64,000 nt of DNA from Myxococcota bacterium (GTDB taxonomy: Bacteria > Myxococcota_A > UBA9042 > PHBI01 > JAWLBL01). The notes under the pieces were generated by a model, which made no database searches, was not told the origin of the DNA, and saw only the letters and a list, made by a program, of their open reading frames with translations. The DNA lies in NCBI GenBank assembly GCA_041687695.1, contig JAWLBL010000001.1:49610-113609 (forward strand), given 5' to 3'. Shown piece by piece: positions 1 to 7,510 of the stretch; the stretch's first letter is position 1; every line of letters begins with the position of its first letter. The translations under genes were made by a program, and so were the position numbers.

Positions 1-248
1 TCGCACTCCTCCTGCAGCCCGGCGGCCATCTGGCTGGCCAGGTTGCCGGCGAGCTCCTTGCCGCCCTCGCCCGCCTCCTTCAGCTCGGGGTCGGTCTGCA
101 GCTGCGTGTTCACCTCGCCGACCGCGACCTTGCCGACGTTCTCGCACGCCGCGCGGCACTCCTCCTCGGACGCCTTGGAGGCGCAGCCAGCAAACGTGGA
201 GCCGGTGACGAGCAGGGCGGCGGCGAGGGTGAGGACGTCGAGACGCAT
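1..248 (-). CDS. Cys-containing lipoprotein (3' end runs off the window)
   Basis: Not in the ORF track. ATG at 248 with GGAGG upstream reads MRLDVLTLAAALLVTGSTFAGCASKASEEECRAACENV...; lipobox FAGC; frame open to position 1. Confidence 0.8.
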   Translation of the reverse strand, partial: MRLDVLTLAAALLVTGSTFAGCASKASEEECRAACENVGKVAVGEVNTQLQTDPELKEAGEGGKELAGNLASQMAAGLQEEC

Positions 249-464
249 GCGGAGACCTCCGGACCGGGCGGCGAGGCGGGGCTGCGAGCGCCCCGCGCGT
301 GCGAGGGCCGCGACGCGCCGACCCGGGTGGGGCGGAAACGACGCGGACCGTCGGTTTGGCGCTATAGTTCGCCGCAAGGTCGCTGCCATGTCAATGAAGG
401 TAGACCGGCGAGGCGCGCGAGCCGCCTCCTTCCCGACGACGTCCCCCCGGAGGAGACAGCCCCG

Positions 465-1328
465 ATGAAGGTCCCCTTTCTTGCCCGCGCCGCTCGCGCC
501 CGCCTCCTGCACGCCCTCGCGCTCGCCCTGTCGATGGGGTTCATCGCCTCGGCTTGCGGGGGCCCCCGCCCCGGCACCAGCGCGTGGGAGCAATCGGTCC
601 GCGCCCAATCGACCGACGTGACGCTGGTGAACCGCACCCGCGACACGCTGGAGATCCGCGTGACCCGCGACGGCAAGACCGAAACGTTCGGGTCGGTGGC
701 GCCGCTGTCGCGCATGGCCCTGACGCGCCTCGCTCCTGGGCCCGTGGTCATCGAGCTGGCGACCTTCGATGGGCAGGTGCTGCATCGCCACGCCGTCGAG
801 CTGGTCGGCGGCCGGCCCGTCACCCTCGATCTCGAGGCCCCGATCGCCACGCTCGAGGTCGTCAACCCGCTCGACGTCGACGTGGACGTCCTGGTCGACG
901 GCCGGCGCGTCGGGCGCGTCTCGCGCGGCCAGACCTCCCGCTTCGACGCGCTGCCCGCCGGACGGCGCGTCCTGGTCGCCCGCGCCGTGGTCGGGCCGCT
1001 GGCCATCCAGCAGCCGCAGGTGCTCGAGCCGGGGCAGACCTTCGTGTGGCGCCTGCCCCAGCCCGAGGCCGAGGTCGGCCCCGCGGGCGGGCCGACGGCC
1101 CCGCCCGGGATGGCGCTGCTGGTCTTCACCAACCAGGGATCGTCCGAGATCGAGCTGGTGGTCGACGAGCAGGTCCACGGGCGCGTCGCGCCTGGTCAGG
1201 CGACGCAGGTGCCGCTGACGCCGGGCGCCCACCGGGTCTACGCGCGCATCCCGGGCACGCAGATCCGCACCGAGCAGTCGCTGACCGTGACGAGCGGCCA
1301 GGTGGCGCGCTGGGAGTACGGGCGCTGA
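465..1328 (+). CDS. lipoprotein with three PEGA-like beta repeats
   Basis: Start moved to ATG 465 (GGAGGAG upstream). Hydrophobic segment ends in ASAC; three repeats of the form N-x5-I/V-x-VDG...G-x-V-x-G...L-x-PG. Confidence 0.7.
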   Translation: MKVPFLARAARARLLHALALALSMGFIASACGGPRPGTSAWEQSVRAQSTDVTLVNRTRDTLEIRVTRDGKTETFGSVAPLSRMALTRLAPGPVVIELATFDGQVLHRHAVELVGGRPVTLDLEAPIATLEVVNPLDVDVDVLVDGRRVGRVSRGQTSRFDALPAGRRVLVARAVVGPLAIQQPQVLEPGQTFVWRLPQPEAEVGPAGGPTAPPGMALLVFTNQGSSEIELVVDEQVHGRVAPGQATQVPLTPGAHRVYARIPGTQIRTEQSLTVTSGQVARWEYGR

Positions 1329-1373
1329 CAGCGAGCGCGGGCCGTCGTATGCTGGCGGTCTGAGGAGGGGCCG

Positions 1374-1709
1374 ATGGCGGAGCGAGACGACACGACGAAG
1401 CCGGCCGAGGACGCGATCGACGAGCCGACCCACTACCAGGGGCTGGTGCGCGTCCGCGCCGTCAACTCGGTGACCGAGATCATCGCCCGGCCCGAGCCCC
1501 CCCAGCGCGATCCCGACGAGCCGCCGCCGCCCAAGCCCAACTTCCATCGGGAGATGGTCATCGTCGCGGCGCCGGGCCCCGCCGAGCCCGAGGAGCCCAA
1601 GCCCAAGCCGAACCTCCGCAACGACTTCGTGGTGCTGTCGCCGCACCGGACGCGGACCAAGGTGGCGCCCAGCATCGGCAGCATGCCGGTCCCGGGCGGG
1701 CGCAAGTAG
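1374..1709 (+). CDS. small proline-rich hypothetical protein
   Basis: GAGGAGG RBS, GC3-biased codons, two imperfect PKPN-containing repeats. Confidence 0.7.
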   Translation: MAERDDTTKPAEDAIDEPTHYQGLVRVRAVNSVTEIIARPEPPQRDPDEPPPPKPNFHREMVIVAAPGPAEPEEPKPKPNLRNDFVVLSPHRTRTKVAPSIGSMPVPGGRK

Positions 1710-1720
1710 CCGCCGCGGGC

Positions 1721-1894
1721 GCGCTCCGCCTCGCTCGGGCGGGGTGCCGGCGGCCCTACTTCTCGAGCTCGGCCAGGGCCTCGTCGATGGCCCGCTGCAG
1801 GCTGCCTGCGCTCCGCCTCGCTCGGGCGAGGTGCCGGCGGCCCTACTTCTCGAGCTCGGCCAGGGCCTCGTCGATGGCCCGCTGCAGGCTGCCT
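1721..1894. repeat. 87-bp tandem duplication (2 copies, 1 mismatch)
   Basis: 1721-1807 and 1808-1894 are identical except ggcggggtg vs ggcgaggtg. The unit includes the last codons and stop of the 1843-3192 gene. Confidence 0.95.
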
Positions 1895-3192
1895 TCCATG
1901 CCGGGCTCACCGCGGCGGGCCCGTAGGAAGGCGATGCCCTCCTCGCGCTTGCCGACCAGGCGCACGGCGTTGTGGAAGCTGGCGATGCCGCTCGAGCGCT
2001 CGGCCAGCTGCACGAAGCTGACCCCGGCCCACCACCAGGCCTGCCGCAGCTGCGGGTCGACGGTCAGCGCCCGGATGGCGTAGTCCAGGACCGGCTCCCA
2101 GCGGTCGGCCGCGGCGTGGATCTGCGCGAGGCCCAGCAGGACCTGGGGCTCGTAGGGGAAGAGGCGGTCGAGCTCCTCGAGCTTCTTGCGGGCCGCCGTG
2201 TGCTGGTCCTTCTGGAGCTGCGACAAGGCCTGCACCAGCTTGCGCTCGAAGTCGGCGGGCTTCTTGACGTGCTCGAGCACGCCGGCGCGGACCCGGCGCA
2301 TGGCCTCGACCTTCTCGGTCAGGATGGCCTGCTTGGCGTCGTAGTGGTCGATGAGGTCGCCCAGCAGCGCCGGCAGGGTCTGCTCGTCGTGGTAGCGCGG
2401 AAAGCGCCGATCGGCCGGCGAGAACTGCGCCCCGTCCCACTGGTGCAGGTGATCGATGTACGTCCACTGGTAGGCGGGGCCGCGGCGGCCGACGCGCTCG
2501 CGAACGACGATCTCGGGGCGTCCGTTGGAGTCGAGATCGACGTAGTGGATGGAGTCGTTGTGCTTGACCGCCAGCGAGACGAAGCCGCCCGCCGCGAAGC
2601 CGATGAGCTCGTGGAACTGGTAAGCGCCCTGGCGGCCGGCCTCTCCGCTGACCAGGATCTCGGGGGCGCCGTCGCCGTTGAGATCCCGCACGTCGACCAC
2701 CCGGTAGCGCTCGCCCGGGAGCTTGTCGCTGCTCCAGACCGCGCGGTAGCCCGCCTCGCCCAGCTCGAGGACGGTCACGGCGTAGCGCCGACCGTCCTCG
2801 AGCTGGGCCGGCTCGGCGACCAGAACCATCTCGGGGACGCGGTCGCGGTCGAGGTCGACCCGGTAGACGCTGACGAGCTCGGCGGGCGCCCGATGCGGGA
2901 AGCGCGCGGTGACCTCGGACGCCTTGACGAAGCGGCCCTTCTGGTCCTTGTCCATCCAGTTGGCGGACTGGAAGCGGAAGAGGACGGCCGTGGGCTCGGC
3001 CAGGACGGCCTCGGCCTCGGCGCCGCGCAGGCGGTAGGGCTCGCCGTCGTTGAAGCCGAGGACGTCGAGGTCGTAGCGGACGGACTGCCGCTTGGGCTTG
3101 GGCGCGGCGGACGCGGGCGACGGCAGGGCGGGCACGGCGAGCGCCGCGACCGCCACCAGGGTGGCCGCCCACGCGCGCGCGCCGCGGCTCAT
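1843..3192 (-). CDS. secreted FG-GAP/VCBS-repeat protein with C-terminal TPRs
   Basis: Signal peptide; DLDRDRVPE, DLNGDGAPEI and DLDSNGRPEI Ca-binding-type motifs; helical TPR-like C-terminus. Confidence 0.8.
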   Translation of the reverse strand: MSRGARAWAATLVAVAALAVPALPSPASAAPKPKRQSVRYDLDVLGFNDGEPYRLRGAEAEAVLAEPTAVLFRFQSANWMDKDQKGRFVKASEVTARFPHRAPAELVSVYRVDLDRDRVPEMVLVAEPAQLEDGRRYAVTVLELGEAGYRAVWSSDKLPGERYRVVDVRDLNGDGAPEILVSGEAGRQGAYQFHELIGFAAGGFVSLAVKHNDSIHYVDLDSNGRPEIVVRERVGRRGPAYQWTYIDHLHQWDGAQFSPADRRFPRYHDEQTLPALLGDLIDHYDAKQAILTEKVEAMRRVRAGVLEHVKKPADFERKLVQALSQLQKDQHTAARKKLEELDRLFPYEPQVLLGLAQIHAAADRWEPVLDYAIRALTVDPQLRQAWWWAGVSFVQLAERSSGIASFHNAVRLVGKREEGIAFLRARRGEPGMEGSLQRAIDEALAELEK

Positions 3193-3401
3193 GCCGAGGT
3201 CCCCGACCGGGGCTCCGGCGTCTCGGCGGGCGCCTCGGCCGGCGCGGGCGCGGCCGAGGCGGCGGCGCGGCGGGCGGCCAGCTGGCGGCGGCGCTCCTCC
3301 TCCTCGAGGGCGACCAGGGCCGAGCGGCGCCCGATGACGAGCCCGATGACCAGGCCGACGATCAGGATGAGCGGGATGTAGAAGAGATGGCCGGTGGTCA
3401 C
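3189..3401 (-). CDS. small single-pass membrane protein in the ccm operon
   Basis: GTG 3401 overlaps the upstream TGA. TM segment HLFYIPLILIVGLVIGLVIG followed by a charged tail; its stop overlaps the next ATG. Confidence 0.7.
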   Translation of the reverse strand: MTTGHLFYIPLILIVGLVIGLVIGRRSALVALEEEERRRQLAARRAAASAAPAPAEAPAETPEPRSGTSA

Positions 3402-3760
3402 GAGGCCTTCTCCCGGACGCTGGCGACGCGCTCGCGCAGCTCGTAGACGTCGGCCAGGAGTCGGCGCTGGCCGCGGCGGACGACGAAGAGGAACGAGACG
3501 AGCACGATCCACAGGGCGAGGTAGGCGGCGCCGAGGTAGGGCACGCCGACGGCGTCGGTCTTGCAGGCCTCGAGCTGGCGGTCGCACTCGGCGAGCATCG
3601 CCCGATAGTCGCCCTGGGCGGGCGCGGTGGCCTGGGCGACCGGCTCGGCCTGGAAGGTCTTCGACTCGGCGAAGGCCGCGGGCGCGGCGAGGGTCAGGGC
3701 CAGGGTGATGGCGACCGCGGCGAGGGGCGCCGATAGGGCGCGGAGCAGCTTTGGCATCAT
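3398..3760 (-). CDS. ccmD: CcmD-family heme exporter protein with N-terminal extension
   Basis: ATGA overlap with ccmC. C-terminal YLGAAYLALWIVLVSFLFVVRRGQRRL matches the CcmD pattern (AY-TM-basic coiled tail). Confidence 0.65.
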   Translation of the reverse strand: MMPKLLRALSAPLAAVAITLALTLAAPAAFAESKTFQAEPVAQATAPAQGDYRAMLAECDRQLEACKTDAVGVPYLGAAYLALWIVLVSFLFVVRRGQRRLLADVYELRERVASVREKAS

Positions 3761-4557
3761 CGGCGCTCGTCCTCCAACTCGGAGAGCTCGAGAAACAGGC
3801 CTTCCGTCTCGTCGCGCAGCTTGTGGTGCTGGTAGCGGAGGAAGACCAGGTAGCCCACGAGGGTGAAGATCGCGATCAGGCTGACCACGAAGGTCGTGAC
3901 CATGTCGGGGTGCGCGAGGCCGCCGCCGTTGCCGGTGATCACGGTCGGGTGGTTGCCGCCCCACTTCTCGACGGCGATGTGGATGAGGTAGGTCGCGGGG
4001 GCGCCGATGGTGGCGATGCCGGCGCTGAGGCGGCGGCCGGTCTCGTCGCCGGCCGCGTAGCCGCGCAGGGTCAGGTAGCCGATGAAGAGGAAGACCGTCA
4101 GCAGCGTGAGGGTCAGCCGCGGCTCCCAGGTCCAGTAGGCGCCCCAGGCGGGCTTGGCCCAGATGGGCCCGGTCACGAGCACGATGATGCCGAAGAGGAC
4201 GCCGATCTCGCCCATGGCGCCGGCGAGGCGGTCGGCGGCCTGCGCGAGGGGGCCGAAGCCACGCATCCGGCGCATCACCAGGTAGCCGACCGACATCAGC
4301 GAGCAGGTGAAGAAGAGCAGGAGCGTGATGATGGCGCTGGGGACGTGGAAGTAGAAGATGCGATAGACCTCGCCCATCTGCGCTTCGCGCGGCGAGTGGA
4401 AGAACGTCAGCCAGATGGCGGCCAGGACCAGGGCGCCGACCACGAAGGGCATCCAGATGACGCCCTGGCCGCGGCGCGGCGCGGCGCGGGCGCGGTCGGG
4501 CGGTGACGGCGCGGACGCGGCCACCGGCGGGTGGGCGGGCTGGGCGGACGGAGACAT
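3757..4557 (-). CDS. ccmC: heme exporter protein C
   Basis: IFYFHVP, WWD-type motif GPIWAKPAWGAYWTWEPRLT, second conserved His (NHP). Confidence 0.93.
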   Translation of the reverse strand: MSPSAQPAHPPVAASAPSPPDRARAAPRRGQGVIWMPFVVGALVLAAIWLTFFHSPREAQMGEVYRIFYFHVPSAIITLLLFFTCSLMSVGYLVMRRMRGFGPLAQAADRLAGAMGEIGVLFGIIVLVTGPIWAKPAWGAYWTWEPRLTLTLLTVFLFIGYLTLRGYAAGDETGRRLSAGIATIGAPATYLIHIAVEKWGGNHPTVITGNGGGLAHPDMVTTFVVSLIAIFTLVGYLVFLRYQHHKLRDETEGLFLELSELEDERR

Positions 4558-4631
4558 GGTTGTCCTTCAGACCTGCTGATGCGTCGCCCCGGAGGGGGCG
4601 GCCAAGGCGCGTCCCAGAGAAATGGCCGCCG

Positions 4632-4660
4632 CTATAGCACGCGCAAATTTAGCGGTCGAC
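4632..4660 (-). promoter_or_regulatory. putative sigma70-type internal promoter for ccmC
   Basis: Minus strand TCGACC-N17-TATAGC with a TGn extension, in a relatively AT-rich gap between ccmB and ccmC. Confidence 0.35.
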
Positions 4661-4714
4661 ATCGGGGGGAGGAACCGGCCGCCGGCGGCGGCCATTCCGG
4701 GGGGCGAGGGTCGA

Positions 4715-5395
4715 TCAGTCCATCATGACGCGACCGAACACCCAGGGCGGGACGATGAGGTAGAGCAGATCGAAGCCGATCATCAGCTCGAGCCAGCCGC
4801 CGGCCTCCTCGGGGAGGCCGCCGCCCATCGCGATGGAGGTCAGCTTGACGCCGGCGATGATGACCGGGACGACCACGGGGTAGACGACGACCGGGACCAG
4901 GACCTCGCGGAGGCGGGCGTTGGCCAGCATGGCGCCGAACAGGGTGCCGACCAGGGCGAAGCCGAGGGTGCCCAGGACCATCGCGCCGACGAGCAGGCCC
5001 AGGCCGCCGGGCGGCGGGCCGAGGCCGATGAAGGCGAAGATGAGCGGCGTCGTCAGCAGCTCGGCCGCGAGGACGAACAGGAACAGGCCCGCCACCTTGG
5101 CGATGTAGACCGCCTTGGGGCCGCCGGGGGCGAGCAACAGCGCGTCGAGGCAGCCGTTGTCGCGCTCGCGGTCGAACAGGCGGGTGAGCCCGAGGGTGCC
5201 CGAGAAGAGGATGACGACCCACAGGATGCCGGGGCCGACCAGACGGGCGCGCGTCTCGTCGACCGAGAAGGCGAAGGCGAAGACGACCACGAGCAGGATC
5301 GAGAACAGGACCATGGTCGCCAGCACCTCGCGGGTGCGCAGCTCGATGACGAGGTCCTTCTTGAGGATGAGCCAGACGGTGCGGGCCAGGGTCAC
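4715..5395 (-). CDS. ccmB: heme exporter protein B
   Basis: KKDLVIELR, F-x-RE-x-DNGCLDALLLAP, about six TM segments; coupled to ccmA. Confidence 0.93.
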   Translation of the reverse strand: MTLARTVWLILKKDLVIELRTREVLATMVLFSILLVVVFAFAFSVDETRARLVGPGILWVVILFSGTLGLTRLFDRERDNGCLDALLLAPGGPKAVYIAKVAGLFLFVLAAELLTTPLIFAFIGLGPPPGGLGLLVGAMVLGTLGFALVGTLFGAMLANARLREVLVPVVVYPVVVPVIIAGVKLTSIAMGGGLPEEAGGWLELMIGFDLLYLIVPPWVFGRVMMD

Positions 5396-6084
5396 GCGGC
5401 GGCCTCCTGGGCGCGCAGGCGGCCTGCGTCGAGGACGAGGACGCGGTCGGTCACCCGGGCGACCGACTCGGGGTCGTGGGTGACCAGGGCGATGGCGCGC
5501 CCCTCGGCCTTGCCGCGGGCCAGGACGTCCACGAGCAGCGCGCGGCCCTGCACGTCGAGGCCCGTGGTCGGCTCGTCGAGCAGCCAGATGCGCGCGTCCT
5601 GGGCCATCAGGCGCGCCAGGGCGAGGCGCTGCACCATGCCGCGCGAGTAGGTGCGGGCCGGGCGGTGGGCCGAGGCCCGCAGGCCGACGAAGTCCAGCAG
5701 CTCGGTGAGGCGGGGCTCGTCGGCCGGGCGGCCGTAGAGGCTGGCCATGAAGCGCAGGTTCTCGACGCCTGTCAGCTCGGGGTAGACGAACGGCAGGTGC
5801 CCCAGGATGCCCAGCTGCTGGCGCAGGGCGGCGCGGTCGGGCGGGTCGTGCAGATCGGCCCCGAAGGCCAGCACCTGCCCTTCGTTGGGGCGCAGCTGGC
5901 CAGACAGCAGGCCCAGCAGGGTGCTCTTGCCGGCGCCGTTGTGGCCGAGCAGCGTCGTGACCGTGCCCGCGGGGAAGGCCACGTCGACGCGGCGCACGGC
6001 CCAGCGCCGGCCGAAGCGGCGCGAGACGTCGCGGGCCTCGAGGAGGACGTCGAGGACGCGCTCGGCCCCGTCCGCCTCAGCCAT
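5392..6084 (-). CDS. ccmA: heme ABC exporter ATP-binding protein
   Basis: Walker A GHNGAGKST, signature YSRGMVQR, Walker B WLLDEP; next to ccmB. Confidence 0.9.
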   Translation of the reverse strand: MAEADGAERVLDVLLEARDVSRRFGRRWAVRRVDVAFPAGTVTTLLGHNGAGKSTLLGLLSGQLRPNEGQVLAFGADLHDPPDRAALRQQLGILGHLPFVYPELTGVENLRFMASLYGRPADEPRLTELLDFVGLRASAHRPARTYSRGMVQRLALARLMAQDARIWLLDEPTTGLDVQGRALLVDVLARGKAEGRAIALVTHDPESVARVTDRVLVLDAGRLRAQEAAA

Positions 6085-7189
6085 CCCGGCGGCGCCCCAC
6101 GAGCAGCAACAGCCCGAAGGCGACCACCGCGACCAGGCCGCCCGCCAGCGCCACGCCGCGCTGCACGTCGAGGCCGCGCGGCAGGCGGTCGATCCGCAGC
6201 AGGGCCATCTGGCCGGCCGTCGGAGGCGTCTTCCAGCGCATCAGGCGCTGCACGTTGCCGCCGGCGGCGCGCTCGGCCACGGTGAAGGGCGCGGCCGGGA
6301 AGATGCGCGGGGCGACGCGCTCGTTGAAGGCCGTCGAGACGATGAGGCGGCTGAGGTCGACCGGCGCCCGCAGGGCCAGGTCGAGGCGGTCGTGGACCAT
6401 CGGGATGGCGAAGCGGACCTGCAGGGACAGGGGCTCGCCCGGCACGATCGGGCCGCGGTAGGCGACGCCGCCGCCCTCGAAGCTGAACCGGCCCCGGTCC
6501 GGGTCGCGGCGGAGGCTCATGTGGCGCGCCGAGGTCGCGGGCGGCAGCAGGCCGGGGTCGAGGGCCTGGTCGAAGGCCGCCGGCAGCAGGAGCGGCAGGC
6601 GCAGCCCCCGGGCGGCCGCCTCGAGGTCGACCACGCGCGGGCCGCGGTTGGTCACGGTGAAGGTCTGCTCGACGATGAGATGCGCCTCCTGGACCTCGAA
6701 GCCCGAGAAGACGTCGAGGGACAGGTCGTCGAGCGCGGTCGTCGGCTCGTAGACGCGCAGGAGCGTCGGGGGCGCGCCGTGCGGCGAGCGGGCCACATCG
6801 GCGCGGAAGCTGACCCCGCGATAGATGACCGTGGCGACCCAGGTGGCCGTCGTGCCGGGCTGGGTGTCGTCGGGGAAGCGGACGCGGCCATGGGCGTCGG
6901 TGCGCTGGGCGAAGGCCGCGTCGAGGCGCGGGCCGCCGGACGCGCTGGTCGCGCTGGGCGGCGGTTGGATCCAGCGCTCGAGCACGACCTCGGCGCCTTC
7001 GAGCGGCGCGACGGGGCCCTCGGGAGAGACGCGCTGGACCTCGACCTGCAAGCCGGCGGCGGCGGGCGCGCCGTGGGAGGCGGACGGCATCGGCGGGTGG
7101 CCGGCCGGCATCCCGCCGGGCAGCGCCGAGGCGCCGAAAGGGACGCAGAGGAGCCCGACGAGGGCGGCGGCGGCGAGCAGACGCGTCAC
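6077..7189 (-). CDS. exported, C-terminally anchored ccm-associated protein
   Basis: Signal peptide, MPAGHPPM motif, beta-sandwich-like TDAHGRVRF segment, C-terminal TM plus RRRD; overlaps both neighbours. Confidence 0.7.
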   Translation of the reverse strand: MTRLLAAAALVGLLCVPFGASALPGGMPAGHPPMPSASHGAPAAAGLQVEVQRVSPEGPVAPLEGAEVVLERWIQPPPSATSASGGPRLDAAFAQRTDAHGRVRFPDDTQPGTTATWVATVIYRGVSFRADVARSPHGAPPTLLRVYEPTTALDDLSLDVFSGFEVQEAHLIVEQTFTVTNRGPRVVDLEAAARGLRLPLLLPAAFDQALDPGLLPPATSARHMSLRRDPDRGRFSFEGGGVAYRGPIVPGEPLSLQVRFAIPMVHDRLDLALRAPVDLSRLIVSTAFNERVAPRIFPAAPFTVAERAAGGNVQRLMRWKTPPTAGQMALLRIDRLPRGLDVQRGVALAGGLVAVVAFGLLLLVGRRRDG

Positions 7190-7506
7190 GAGAGGGCCTC
7201 CGTGGGCCGGCCGTGCGCGTCGAGGGCCGCCATGAGGCGGACCGCCTCGTGCTCGTAGAAGCTGCGCAGCTCCTCGTAGTCGCGCTCGTCGAGCTTGCCC
7301 ATGCGGAACTCGTGCTCGAGATCCTTGAGCGTGGTCAGGGCGCGATCGCGCGCGTCCTCGAGGGCGATGCGGTCGGCGTCCTCTCGGGCGACGCGGGCGC
7401 TGGCGGCGCTGTCGCCCCAGCTGCGGGCGAGGCGCACCACCATGGCGGCCACGACCAGCAGGACGGCGGCGAGCATCGGGGTGAGCAGCAGGGTGGGCAG
7501 CGACAT
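7186..7506 (-). CDS. CcmI N-terminal-like small membrane protein
   Basis: N-terminal TM, then LKDLEHEFRMGKLDERDYEELR, resembling the CcmI cytoplasmic helical segment. Confidence 0.6.
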   Translation of the reverse strand: MSLPTLLLTPMLAAVLLVVAAMVVRLARSWGDSAASARVAREDADRIALEDARDRALTTLKDLEHEFRMGKLDERDYEELRSFYEHEAVRLMAALDAHGRPTEALS

Positions 7507-7510
7507 CGGT

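Noticed and set aside
1721..1894. Possible CRISPR array or small ORFs (1744-1926, 1787-2083)
   Set aside because: Only two adjacent copies with no spacer; the ORFs are by-products of the duplication.
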